Below are positions 19,752 to 29,292 of a stretch of 64,000 nucleotides of DNA, piece after piece. A program made the translations under genes and the position numbers. The notes below the pieces were generated by a model. That model saw nothing but the letters and a program-made list of their open reading frames with translations, was not told the DNA's origin and searched no databases. Within the stretch, counting starts at the first letter, position 1. Every line of letters begins with the position of its first letter. Location of the stretch: the NCBI GenBank assembly GCA_963805625.1, contig CAWDVE010000013.1:416001-480000 (forward strand), read 5' to 3'. Source of the DNA: an uncultured Candidatus Rokubacteria bacterium (lineage in GTDB: Bacteria > Methylomirabilota > Methylomirabilia > Rokubacteriales > DASRDR01).

Positions 19752-20019
19752 CCCCGCCCATCTGGCTCGATGCTGCCGGCCGCCCGAGGCCGACGCGGGC
19801 CTGCTGGACCTGTGGCCGCGAGGTGGCCCCGATGCGGTTCCGGACCCGTGACCTTCGCCCGCACGGCTGGACGCCCCCGCAAACCCTCCACGTCCCGGAC
19901 TGGTGCGGCTGCACGCGAGGCCCCCAGGGTATCGCGCTTCCTGTTCCCGTCGAGAGCCCGGCTGGCGCCCAACGGCCGACGTGTTTAGTTTGTCGAAGAA
20001 CGAGGCGGCGTGCGAGGCA

Positions 20020-20406
20020 TCAGGTGTCTCCTCTCGTGGGGGACAGCGCCTGGAGCACGGCGGCCTTGAGCGTCTCCAAGCGAAAGGGCTTGGCGATGAC
20101 CGGCACGCGCCATCCGCTCGCCCGTCGCATCACGGCCGGGTCATCGTAGGCCGTGACGAGGAGGATGGGCATGGTCGGGGCGCGGTGCCGGATGGCCTCG
20201 ATGACGTCCCAGCCGCTCACGTCGGGCATGGCGATGTCGGTGAGCACGAGATCCCAGCCGCCCTCGTCGAAGCGAGCGAGTCCACTCCGGCCATCCGCCG
20301 CGGTCTCGCAAGCATACCCGAACTCCTCGAGGAGGTAGCGGATGACCATCCGGACGCTCGGATCGTCGTCGATCACGAGTACCCGGGACGGATGCGCTCG
20401 CTCCAT
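20020..20406 (-). CDS. Single-domain response regulator
   Basis: VLVIDDD, DLVLTDIAMP, LLVTAY, AKPF. Confidence 0.88.
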   Translation of the reverse strand: MERAHPSRVLVIDDDPSVRMVIRYLLEEFGYACETAADGRSGLARFDEGGWDLVLTDIAMPDVSGWDVIEAIRHRAPTMPILLVTAYDDPAVMRRASGWRVPVIAKPFRLETLKAAVLQALSPTRGDT

Positions 20407-20657
20407 GGAGTCGGAGCAGCCGATGCAAGCCATGCCAACGGCCGAGACGGGCCCGCCCCGAGCCTTTGGCCCGCCCAGGGGCGCCAGGGCATGGCAAAAA
20501 TCGTCACCAGGGGAATCGCGCCATGGCCCCTTGGGCGGTCCGCTTCGCCGGCTCCAGCGGCTCCAGCGCCCGTGTCTGTGAGCCTCCGCTGGCGCCCACT
20601 CCCGGCTCGCGGTAGGGTCGGCGGGATGGCGGCTGCGTGCTAAGGCAGCGTCCACCC

Positions 20658-20686
20658 TTGACAGGACACTTAACGGATAGTTAAGT
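20658..20686 (+). promoter_or_regulatory. TTGACA -35 box plus palindromic operator candidate
   Basis: TTGACA at 20658-20663; ACTTAAC-GGATA-GTTAAGT 7-bp inverted repeat at 20668-20686 touching the XRE start codon. Confidence 0.6.
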
Positions 20687-20889
20687 TGACGCCACAGAGG
20701 CTCAGCACCGTGCTTACCCGGTTCCGGGAGTCCAGGGACTTGACACAGCGCACGCTGGCGAAGCGCGCGAAGGTGACGGAGGCCTATGTGTCACAACTCG
20801 AAAGCGGCAATCGCAGGAATCCCTCGCTGCCCGTCCTGAAGCGGCTCGCCAAGGCCCTCGGCGTGCCGGTGACGGCGCTGCTGGAGTGA
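20686..20889 (+). CDS. XRE-family HTH regulator
   Basis: LTQRTLAKRAKVTEAYVSQLESGNRRNPSLPVLKRLAKALGV. Confidence 0.88.
   Translation: MTPQRLSTVLTRFRESRDLTQRTLAKRAKVTEAYVSQLESGNRRNPSLPVLKRLAKALGVPVTALLE
20844..20887 (+). repeat. XRE 3'-end repeat, copy 3
   Basis: 44 bp identical to 5542-5585. Confidence 0.9.
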
Positions 20890-20935
20890 CGGATGGGAGG
20901 GCGAGATGCGCGTGCCGGTGCGGGGTAACTCGCCC

Positions 20936-21121
20936 ATGAAGCCCTTCACCCGGATTGCGGTGGTCGTGCTTTGGCTGATTGCCTTGCTGCAATTGCTGCG
21001 GTTCATCTTGCGCTGGGAGGTCACCTGGAATGGCGCGCCCGTGCCGCTCTGGCTGAGCGGGCTCGTGGCGGCCCTCGCCGTCGGCTTGGCGGTCATGGTC
21101 TGGCGGGAACGGCGGCGGTAA
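20936..21121 (+). CDS. Small two-TM membrane protein
   Basis: MKPFTRIAVVVLWLIALLQLLRF...PLWLSGLVAALAVGLAVMVWRE. Confidence 0.7.
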   Translation: MKPFTRIAVVVLWLIALLQLLRFILRWEVTWNGAPVPLWLSGLVAALAVGLAVMVWRERRR

Positions 21122-21251
21122 GAACCAACACGCAGCCTCGGCGTGGTGCGGACACACCGCCCGGGGCTGGCCCATCACCCCACACCCGGCGTTCAACGAA
21201 CGCCAGTTTTTCGCTCACAATCGCAAGGTCGACTCCTTTAGTTGTGCTAGC

Positions 21252-22736
21252 GTGACCTCCATGCGGCCGCCACGTGCCGGCGCGTTGCGATACGCGCTCC
21301 TCGCGGCCGCCCTCGCTTTTGCCCTCGTGAGGCCGGGGGCGGGTTCTGCGGAGGACCCTGCACCGGCCAAGGTGCTCGACTGGGAGACAGGGGCCGGCAA
21401 GAGCTACCTCGTTCCGGCACTCGAGATTCCCGCCTTCGGCTTCTTGCTCAACCTGTTCGACCGGGCCGTCTACGGCCCGCCGGATTACGACACCGACGGG
21501 GAGACGATCTGGAAGAACCTGCGGACCGCGCCGGAGTACGACAAGGACCCGTTCAGCGTCAACCAGCTCGCCCACCCGTATCAGGGCAGCCTGTACTACG
21601 GATTCGCCCGATCGGCCGGCCTCAACTTCTGGGAGTCGATGGGATACACCCTCTTCGGCAGCTTCCTGTGGGAGACCGCCGGCGAGACCACGCCACCCTC
21701 CATCAACGACTACGTCACGACGACCATCGGCGGGAGCTTCGTGGGTGAGGCGTTCTTCCGGATGGCGGGTCTGCTGCTCGAGCACGGGGGGGAGACGCCG
21801 GGATTCTGGCGCGAGCTGGGCGCGGCGGTGCTCTCCCCGTCAACCGGCTTCAACCGCCTCGCCTTCGGCGACCGGTTCAAGCCCGTCTTTCCGAGCCGCG
21901 ATCCGGCCATCTTCATTCGCCTGCGGCTCGGCGCCACGCTCACCACGGATGTGACCAACGCGGCGGGGACCTCCGAGGGAGTCAAGCGGCAGGAGGGCAG
22001 CGGCGATTTCTTCATGACCTATGGTCTCCCCGGCAAGCCCGGCTACAAATACAAGCGCCCCTTCGACTTCTTCCACTTCGAGTTCACCGCGGTTCCGAAC
22101 GCCAGCACGGCGGCCAACGCTATCGAGAACGTCACGGTTCGCGGCCTCCTTCGCGGAACGAAGTATGAGGTGGGCGACGACTATCGCGGCGTGTGGGGAC
22201 TCTTCGGCGGCTACGAGTACCTGTCGCCGCAGGTCTTCCGCGTCGCGACCACGAGCCTCACGCTCGGCACGGTCGGCCAGTGGTGGCTGACCCGCACCCT
22301 GGCCCTTCAGGGGACGGCCCTCGGCGGCGCGGGCTTCGGCGCGGCCGGCACCGTCGGCGACGAGGACGAGCTGGACTACCGCTATGGCATCGTCCCGGAA
22401 GCGCTCCTCAGCCTCCGCCTGATCGCCGGCGAGCGCGCGATGCTGGAGGCGTCGGGGCGCCAGTACTGGGTCGTCGGCCTCGGCGCCGGTGCGTCGGAAG
22501 GCGCCGAGGAGTATGGGCACGAGCTGATCAACCGCGCCAACGCGAGCCTGACCGTGCGCATCTACGGCCCGCATGCCCTCAGCATCGGCTACGTGATCTC
22601 GACGCGTGATTTCCGTTTCCCGGGTGGCGGAGACCGCCACCAGGCGGTGCAGACAGTCACCCTCTCTTACAACTTCCTCGGCCACACGCGGTTCGGCGCC
22701 GTCGAGTGGCGCCCCAGCGAGATGCCGTCCCGCTGA
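21252..22736 (+). CDS. DUF3943-domain putative outer-membrane protein
   Basis: Signal peptide; DKDPFSVNQLAHPYQGSLYY...GSFLWE...PSINDYVTT; beta-rich C-terminus. Confidence 0.8.
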   Translation: MTSMRPPRAGALRYALLAAALAFALVRPGAGSAEDPAPAKVLDWETGAGKSYLVPALEIPAFGFLLNLFDRAVYGPPDYDTDGETIWKNLRTAPEYDKDPFSVNQLAHPYQGSLYYGFARSAGLNFWESMGYTLFGSFLWETAGETTPPSINDYVTTTIGGSFVGEAFFRMAGLLLEHGGETPGFWRELGAAVLSPSTGFNRLAFGDRFKPVFPSRDPAIFIRLRLGATLTTDVTNAAGTSEGVKRQEGSGDFFMTYGLPGKPGYKYKRPFDFFHFEFTAVPNASTAANAIENVTVRGLLRGTKYEVGDDYRGVWGLFGGYEYLSPQVFRVATTSLTLGTVGQWWLTRTLALQGTALGGAGFGAAGTVGDEDELDYRYGIVPEALLSLRLIAGERAMLEASGRQYWVVGLGAGASEGAEEYGHELINRANASLTVRIYGPHALSIGYVISTRDFRFPGGGDRHQAVQTVTLSYNFLGHTRFGAVEWRPSEMPSR

Positions 22737-22872
22737 GCTAACGCGTCGTCCCGCCCCTGACCAGGTGCCAGTATCGCCCTTGGGAACGTCGGCAGTGTCA
22801 TCGCGACTAATCTAGTACGCGGGGCAGCCGACCCCGCTCGACGAACCTCTGAATCCGTAGCGGGCGCCGATT

Positions 22873-22985
22873 CCTACGGACAGTTCCGCGCGAGCCGATA
22901 GCCCGCGGTCTCGGCCTCGGCCGCGCTCCCGAACGGGACACGATTCTGCGAGGCGACCGCTCCGTAGTCGGGACAGTCGGGTAGC
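22873..22985 (-). pseudogene. Ada-like metal-binding domain fragment
   Basis: Manual translation PDCPDYGAVASQNRVPFGSAAEAETAGYRLARNCP*. Confidence 0.55.
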
Positions 22986-23099
22986 CCGGGGCTAGGATCG
23001 CGTTGAGATGGCGGGCGAGGGCATCGGGTCAACCCAGGGGAAGGACAGTCGGGAAGTGGCGGCTTGTCCGTACCCTAACCGCGCTCCGACAAGGGAGGC

Positions 23100-24009
23100 G
23101 CCTGGCATGCAGCGCGCCCTCCAGACCGAGCTGGCCGGGCTGGAAGGTCTCCGATCCGTCGGCGCCCGGGACCTGCAGGACATCCAGCGGGAGGTGGAGG
23201 GGCGACTCACGGACTGGCGCGGACTCCTCCGGCGCCAGATCGCCCAAAGCCGCCAGATCCTCAGGAAGCTCCTGGTGGGGCGAATCGTCTCCCATTATCT
23301 GGCGGGCCGCAGTGGCGTCCGGGGTAACGGGACCCAAGCCGCGATCGCCGCGGGGTACGCCCCCCGGAGCGCCGCCGTGCAGGCACACGCCCTCCTCAGA
23401 CGACCGAGGATCCAGCAGGCCCTCGCCGCCCGTTGCGCTAAGGCGGATATCACGGCGGACCGCGTGCTCGAGAAGCTGCGGCGCGTCGCCTTCTCCGACA
23501 TGGGCGACGTGGCGGACTGGAATGCGGACGGCGTGCGGGTGATTCCGCACGATCAGCTCAGCGAGGATGCGCGGCGAACGCTAGATGAAATCGTGGAGCA
23601 CACGACCCGGCGCATCACGACGCGGCGGACGAAAGCCCACGGGAAACCCGGCGAGCCGGGCTTTGTGCCGGAAGGCGAAGTGGAGACGGTGACGGAAGAG
23701 CGGCAGACGCGCGTGAAGCTCCACGACAAGATCGCGGCGCTGGTGACCCTCTCAAAGTACCTCGGCCTCCTGAAGGACCGGAGCGACGAGCCGGAGCGGC
23801 CCCTGTTCCCCAAGGGGTTCTTCGAGGCCAAGGTGCTGGGCCACGTGAACCGGATCAAGGGGTTCCTGCCCGAGGACACAGTCCTCGAGACGACGGCGAC
23901 TCCGGGAACCCCGAACCAAGCGCAGTATGCGAAGCCCAGGTCAAGTACAAGTCTCGACGGGACCTCCGACTACTGCTTCGGCGGAAGAACCGGGTTCGGA
24001 TTCGCCTGA
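23100..24009 (+). mobile_element. Prophage remnant: recombinase C-terminal-like fragment fused to terminase small subunit
   Basis: RLTDWRGLLRRQIAQSRQILRKLLVGRI (serine-recombinase tail-like) then NGTQAAIAAGY...ITADRVLEKLRRVAFSD...VKLHDKIAAL (TerS). Confidence 0.72.
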
Positions 24010-24485
24010 ACGTTGCCCGTCTTCTGATCCTCGATGTTGACGCGGGGAGTCCCCTTTGGGGCCCATTCCCCTCCGGGCGTGACCGTCTTCGTCGTCACCG
24101 TGACGAAGACGGTCTTCTCGTCCGTGACTTTGCCGTTGAGCGTGGCGAGGTTGATGCTTTTCAGCACACACTTGACGCTGTGGGTCCCCCCACCCTGGAT
24201 ATTGTAGGAGGTCGTGCGACTGTCCCCTTGCCATTGGCCGTTCGACACATTGACGAAGTCCTTCACGGTCCCGTTGTCGGAGATGATGACTTGCAGATCG
24301 TTCTTGTCTATCTCGTCCAGGGTCATCTTGTAGGAACACTTGACGGTGACTTTGCTCCCGTCGGGTGTCTCCTTCGGTGTCGCGGAAAGGCCGGTGACCT
24401 TCCACAGGTCCGCCGCCGCCTCCGGCACCGCGCAGGTCATGAAGGCCAAGGCCATGGCAATCGCCGTCACCCTAGGTCCTTTCAT
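23970..24485 (-). CDS. Secreted beta-sandwich hypothetical protein
   Basis: Signal peptide MKGPRVTAIAMALAF...AAA; Thr/Val/Lys-rich beta strands; GGAGG RBS. Confidence 0.7.
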   Translation of the reverse strand: MKGPRVTAIAMALAFMTCAVPEAAADLWKVTGLSATPKETPDGSKVTVKCSYKMTLDEIDKNDLQVIISDNGTVKDFVNVSNGQWQGDSRTTSYNIQGGGTHSVKCVLKSINLATLNGKVTDEKTVFVTVTTKTVTPGGEWAPKGTPRVNIEDQKTGNVQANPNPVLPPKQ

Positions 24486-24996
24486 GGCTCACCTCCAGCT
24501 GCTGGGCTCAATCGCCCTCCTATCACATTACCGCCCCCGGCGCCCACCGCGAAGCCCGTCGTGTCGCCGTCCAGGCTGAACGGTGCCGTGAGGTCGAAGC
24601 TCACGGATGAAGGCACGGGCCCGATGAGCGCGGGGCGGTGTCTGGTACAGCCAATCCTGTTCCGGCGGGTGAGTGATATCTGAGTTGTGGCGCCCCGGGA
24701 TGCTGCCCGGTGGGGAGATTGACGCAAGACGTTACGCCACCCCGGCACCCTGAACAGGCCCCTCCCGACCCCGGAGAGAGAAGTGGCGCGCCTTCGAGGA
24801 TTCGGCCTATCCTCATCCGCGATGGGTCAGATTCGGGCCCACTTGCCCCGTGGTGCTCGTCCTCGCCGTACGCGTCGACGAGCGCCTCCTCGATGAGGCG
24901 ACGCAGGCGGGCCGAGGCCCGCGACGCGCGCGGCCGTCGTCCGGCACCGCCTGCGGAAGTCACGGTCGGCCCGACGCCATGGAGGTACCCGCCAGC

Positions 24997-25725
24997 TCAG
25001 CCGGCTTCGCGCCCACCCAGCCGCTCGACCGCATCGTGCACCACGCAGAGCGCCCGGTGCATGCGCCGGACTCGCTCGTCATCGGAGAAGATCAGGAGGA
25101 TGCCCCGGTTGAACAGCGTCAGCTCGAACGCCCGGCGCTCGTAGGCCACGTGTAACCGCTCGTACTCGATCGGCTCCCCCGCGTCCGGTTCGCCCCATTC
25201 ACCGGCAAGCTCCTCCAAGCGTTCCCGCTGGATCGCGTCGATGAAGACGGGCGGCAGGGTCTCCTCGCGTAGCGTCGTGCTCGGGGAGCTGGCCGCATCC
25301 GCCACGCGATCCAGCATCGCGCGTGCGTACGTCACCCGCACGATGCGGCCGGCCACGCCTGCCGCCATGGCGCGATCCTCCGGCCGGGCCGACCCCTGTC
25401 CCTCCGGCGTCTGGTCCCAGGGCGTCCCCTCCCACTGGTGGATGACCCCGTTGTCGCCACACGCCGGGCACTCCCACGAGATCCGTCCGGAACCAACTTC
25501 GATGACTGCCCAGATCTGTCCGGCACAGGGATGCCGGCCCGGGCGCCGCCGGCATCTGACGGACGTCTGCCGCAGGTCGCCGGGCGGTTGACTCGTCAGG
25601 GCTGAGACGATCGCGCCGAGATGATTGACCAGGGTTTTCGCCGGGTCCGGCACGTCCACCAGGCAACCCTCGGCATCCAGGTAGTCAGCCATCGCCGTGA
25701 TCCAGGGGTTGCCTATTCGTCTCAC
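24997..25725 (-). CDS. Hypothetical two-domain protein with Zn-binding CRRRP...C...CPACGDNG motif
   Basis: Part of ORF 24997..25923; likely GTG start at 25725, just after the ATPase stop. Confidence 0.6.
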   Translation of the reverse strand: MRRIGNPWITAMADYLDAEGCLVDVPDPAKTLVNHLGAIVSALTSQPPGDLRQTSVRCRRRPGRHPCAGQIWAVIEVGSGRISWECPACGDNGVIHQWEGTPWDQTPEGQGSARPEDRAMAAGVAGRIVRVTYARAMLDRVADAASSPSTTLREETLPPVFIDAIQRERLEELAGEWGEPDAGEPIEYERLHVAYERRAFELTLFNRGILLIFSDDERVRRMHRALCVVHDAVERLGGREAG

Positions 25726-25729
25726 TCGC

Positions 25730-26986
25730 CTACCACTCCCACAGCGCCGTGAGGGGGACTGCGTGGAGATTCGGACCGAAGGCCACCGCCTGGCGCCCGA
25801 GGTACAGCACGAGGCCGCGATGGAACCGGCGACCGGCGATGTCGGCCAGCGCCTTGAGTCCCTTGAAGTCCTCGGCGGTGGCGGTTTGGCTGGATCGTAC
25901 CTCGACGCCGACCACGTGGCCATTCCGCTCGAGGACGAGGTCCACCTCGGCCCCCTTGGGCGTCCGGAAGTGAAAGAGGCGCGGGGGATCCGGGTTCCAG
26001 GACGCCTGTTTGAGCAGCTCGAGCCCGACGAAGTTCTCCAGCAGGCCGCCCCACAGGACCGGCTCGCCGAGGAGGCGCGCCTGGGTGAGCTGGAGGAGCG
26101 CCGCGGCGAGGCCCGTATCGACGAACGCCACCTTCGGCGCCTTCGTGACCCGGCTCCCGAGATTCGTGGCCCAGGCCGGCATCAGTCTGACGAGGAACGT
26201 CGTCTGGAGCAGGGTCATGTACCGCTGGAGCGTGGCGTAGGGAAGCCCAATCCCCCGGCCGATATCGGCGAGGTTCAGCAAGCTCGCCGTGCGCGACGCC
26301 AGGAGCGTCAGCAGATCGGGCATCGCCGTGAGCTTCTCGATGTGGGCCAGCTCCCGGACGTCCCGCTCGAGGACGGCCGTGACGTACGACGCGAACCACC
26401 GCCGGCGCCGGGCCTCGGGCCGGGCATAGGCGTCCGGGAAGCCCCCCCGGAGAATGCGGCGCGTGATCTCGGTGCGGTCCGGCGGGCTCGGCGCCTTCGG
26501 AAGCCGAGCGGCGAAGGCAGCGTCCAGGAAGCCCTCGCGCCGGCCCCCGATCTCCCCCTGAGACAGCGGGTAGAGCGTGAGGAGCTCCATGCGCCCGGCG
26601 AGGGATTCCGAGATCCGGGGGACGACGAGCACGTGGGCCGACCCCGTGAGCAGGAAGCGGCCCGGCCGGCGCCGGCGATCGACGGCGGCCTTGACGGCCA
26701 GGAGCAGATCCGGCGCTCGCTGCACCTCGTCGATGACGGTCAGCTCGTCGAAGGAAGCGAGGAAGCCCGTGGGATCCCGCTGGGCGGCCGCCAAGGTGGT
26801 GGCCTCGTCCAGGGTGACGTAGCGGTCCGGCGGGACGAGCGTCTGGGCGAGCGTGGACTTCCCCGCCTGGCGCGGCCCGACGAGACACACCACGGGCGTA
26901 TCCCGCAGCGCGGCCGTGATTGTCTCGGTGATATGCCGTCGAAGCATGGGTGTATTATACCCATTGAATGGGTGATTTTCATCCAC
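25730..26986 (-). CDS. AAA_14 ATPase with DUF4143 domain
   Basis: GPRQAGKST, IDEVQ, LTGS, ESLAGR, GGFP, DTGL, LENFV, EVDLV...VEVR. Confidence 0.92.
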   Translation of the reverse strand: MDENHPFNGYNTPMLRRHITETITAALRDTPVVCLVGPRQAGKSTLAQTLVPPDRYVTLDEATTLAAAQRDPTGFLASFDELTVIDEVQRAPDLLLAVKAAVDRRRRPGRFLLTGSAHVLVVPRISESLAGRMELLTLYPLSQGEIGGRREGFLDAAFAARLPKAPSPPDRTEITRRILRGGFPDAYARPEARRRRWFASYVTAVLERDVRELAHIEKLTAMPDLLTLLASRTASLLNLADIGRGIGLPYATLQRYMTLLQTTFLVRLMPAWATNLGSRVTKAPKVAFVDTGLAAALLQLTQARLLGEPVLWGGLLENFVGLELLKQASWNPDPPRLFHFRTPKGAEVDLVLERNGHVVGVEVRSSQTATAEDFKGLKALADIAGRRFHRGLVLYLGRQAVAFGPNLHAVPLTALWEW

Positions 26987-27088
26987 CAGAAGGTACCCGC
27001 ACCGTGTGTGGAGGCGGTCGGCTCACCGGTTCATCCCTGGTCTGGCCCGGGACCCCGAGCCGACCGCAACGGCGGCCTCGCCAGTGGG

Positions 27089-27940
27089 CTAGGCCTCCTC
27101 GAAGCGCGGCGGCCGCTTCGCGAAGAAGGCCTCGAGCCCCTCGGCGAAGTCGCGCCCGTCGGCGATGCGGGCGAGGTGCTCGAGCTCCCGGTCGAGATGG
27201 TAGTCGAGCCGATCCACTCCCGCCGCCTGGTTGAGCAGCGCCTTAGCGACGCCGTAGGCTCGGGTCGGGCCCTCGGCGAGCCTCCGGGCCAGCGCACCCA
27301 CTTCGTCCTCGAAGGCCTCGGCCGGGTGGACGGCAGTGATCAGGCCCATCTCCAGCGCAGCCCGCGCGTCGAGGCGCGGGTTGAGGAGGACCAGCTCCAT
27401 CGATCGCCGGAGCCCGATGAGCCGGGGCAGAAAGAAGGTGGAACTCTCAGCGCCGGTGAGACTGGTTTTCGGGTAGGCCCACTCGAACGTGGCGCGGGCG
27501 CTGGCCAGCACGAGATCGCAAGCCATCGCGATTCCGAAGCCGCCCGCCGCCGCCATGCCGTCCACGGCGGCGATGAACGGTTTCGGGGCCCGCTTGATCT
27601 CGGAGATCGTGCTGTGGATGTACTCGAGGATCTGCTTGAAGATCTCGCCGTACCCGCCCGGGACCTCCCGGGCGTCCGGCGAGAGGTAGCCGAGCTCGGC
27701 CCGCTCGCCGCCCGCCCGGATGTACTTGAGATCGGCCCCGCTGCAGAAGACCCCGCCCGCGCCCCGGATCACCACGGCGCGGATCTCGTCGTCGCGGGCG
27801 TACCGGAGGCCCGCTCTACGGAAGTCCTGGGCGGTCTCCACGTCGAGCGAGTTGAAGCGCTCTCGCCGGTCGATGGTGATGACACCCACCGCGCCGTCGC
27901 GCTCCATCCGGATGTGCTTCATGCTCGGCTCTACGGCCAT
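27089..27940 (-). CDS. Enoyl-CoA hydratase/isomerase (crotonase) family protein
   Basis: FCSGADL, AAVDGMAAAGG...ACDLVLA, FFAKRPP. Confidence 0.9.
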   Translation of the reverse strand: MAVEPSMKHIRMERDGAVGVITIDRRERFNSLDVETAQDFRRAGLRYARDDEIRAVVIRGAGGVFCSGADLKYIRAGGERAELGYLSPDAREVPGGYGEIFKQILEYIHSTISEIKRAPKPFIAAVDGMAAAGGFGIAMACDLVLASARATFEWAYPKTSLTGAESSTFFLPRLIGLRRSMELVLLNPRLDARAALEMGLITAVHPAEAFEDEVGALARRLAEGPTRAYGVAKALLNQAAGVDRLDYHLDRELEHLARIADGRDFAEGLEAFFAKRPPRFEEA

Positions 27941-27950
27941 GACCGTCTCC

Positions 27951-28991
27951 TCAGCAGATCCGAGGCAGCGGCTCCCCCTCCGGCTCGGAGAGCAGCCGCC
28001 GCCCGAAACCCGTGTCCAGGATCACCGCGCCTGCGTGCTCGGCGATGCATGTCCCGATGACGGCCGCGTTCTCCCCGAGCGGGTGGGCGCGGAGCGCCGC
28101 CAGCACCCGCTCCGCCGCCTCCGGCCGGACGCCCAGCACCGCCTTGCCTTCGTTGGCGATGTGGAGCGGGTCGATGCCCAGCAAGTCGGCGGCCGCTCCG
28201 ACCACCGGCGACACGGGCACGGACCGTTCGTCCAGCACGATGCCGACGCCGCTCTTGTCGGCCATCTCGTGGAGCGCGCTCGACAGCCCTCCGCGGGTCG
28301 GGTCCTTCATCGCCGTCACTGCGCCTCCGCCGGCAGCGAGCGCGCGGGCGACGAGATCGTTGAGCGGGGCCACGTCGGAGCGGAGGTCGGCCTCGAGTTC
28401 GAGCCCCTTGCGCAGCGCCATGATGGCGAAGCCATGGTCCCCCATGGTGCCGGTGACGAGGATGCGGTCACCGGACCGGAGACCCGAGTCGGGCACCACG
28501 CGGTCGGTGAGGCCGATGCCCGTCGTGTTGAGCACGATGCCGTCGAGCTCCCCTCGGCCCATGACCTTGGTGTCGCCCGTGACGATCACGGCGCCTGCTT
28601 CACGGCAGGTGCTGTGGATGGACGCCTGGATGCGCTCGAGATCCGAGCGGGCGAAACCCTCCTCCAGGATCACGGCGCAAGTGAGGGCCAGCACCTGGGT
28701 GGCGCCCATCATGGCCAGGTCGTTCACCGTCCCCGCGATGGCCAGCCGGCCGATGTCGCCGCCCGGGAAAAAGACCGGGTGGACCACGTGGGAGTCGGTG
28801 GTGATGACGAGCCAGCGGTCGCCGACCCGGAGCGCGGCTCCATCGTCCATCGCGGCCAGGCCGATCCCGTCCACGGGCGTCTCGGCGAAGCCATTCACGA
28901 AGAGGCCCTCGATGAGCGCCCGCATGGCCCGGCCGCCGGCCCCGTGCTTGAGGCTGATGCGCCGGTCGAGAAGGGGCGGCCGCGCTCTCAC
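27951..28991 (-). CDS. hypE: Hydrogenase maturation carbamoyl dehydratase HypE
   Basis: HGAGG, TTDSHVV, GTVNDLAM, TGDTKV, MKDPTRGG, ANEGK, C-terminal PRIC; GTG at 28991 overlaps the hypD stop. Confidence 0.95.
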   Translation of the reverse strand: MRARPPLLDRRISLKHGAGGRAMRALIEGLFVNGFAETPVDGIGLAAMDDGAALRVGDRWLVITTDSHVVHPVFFPGGDIGRLAIAGTVNDLAMMGATQVLALTCAVILEEGFARSDLERIQASIHSTCREAGAVIVTGDTKVMGRGELDGIVLNTTGIGLTDRVVPDSGLRSGDRILVTGTMGDHGFAIMALRKGLELEADLRSDVAPLNDLVARALAAGGGAVTAMKDPTRGGLSSALHEMADKSGVGIVLDERSVPVSPVVGAAADLLGIDPLHIANEGKAVLGVRPEAAERVLAALRAHPLGENAAVIGTCIAEHAGAVILDTGFGRRLLSEPEGEPLPRIC

Positions 28992-29292
28992 GGCGCTCCT
29001 CCGAGATCGGGGTGGCCGCCGTACTGGTGCCAGATCCTGCAGGTGCCTTCGCTCGAGACCATGCAGGCCCCCACCGGCGTCTCCGGCAGGCACTCCTTGC
29101 CGTACAGCGCGCAGTCTGTGGGCGAGGCGATCCCTGCCATGATGTCGCCGCAGACGCAGTCCTGGACGAGCGCAGACGGCGCGTAGTCCCAGAGGCCGGT
29201 CACGTCGATGCGGAAGCGCCGCCTCGCGTCCATGTGGGCCCACTCGTCGCGGAGGCGGAGGTTGCCGTTCGGCACGTGGGCGATGCCGCGCG
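28988..29292 (-). pseudogene. hypD: HypD C-terminal fragment
   Basis: RGIAHVPNG...CVCGDIMAG...DCALYGKECLPETPVGACMVSSEGTC; the N-terminal ~270 aa are absent. Confidence 0.9.

Noticed and set aside
24660-24963. Possible IS end (GCCACAACTCAG) and a CcbP-like fragment (LIEEALVDAYGEDE)
   Set aside because: Too short to support; no partner inverted repeat or transposase seen.
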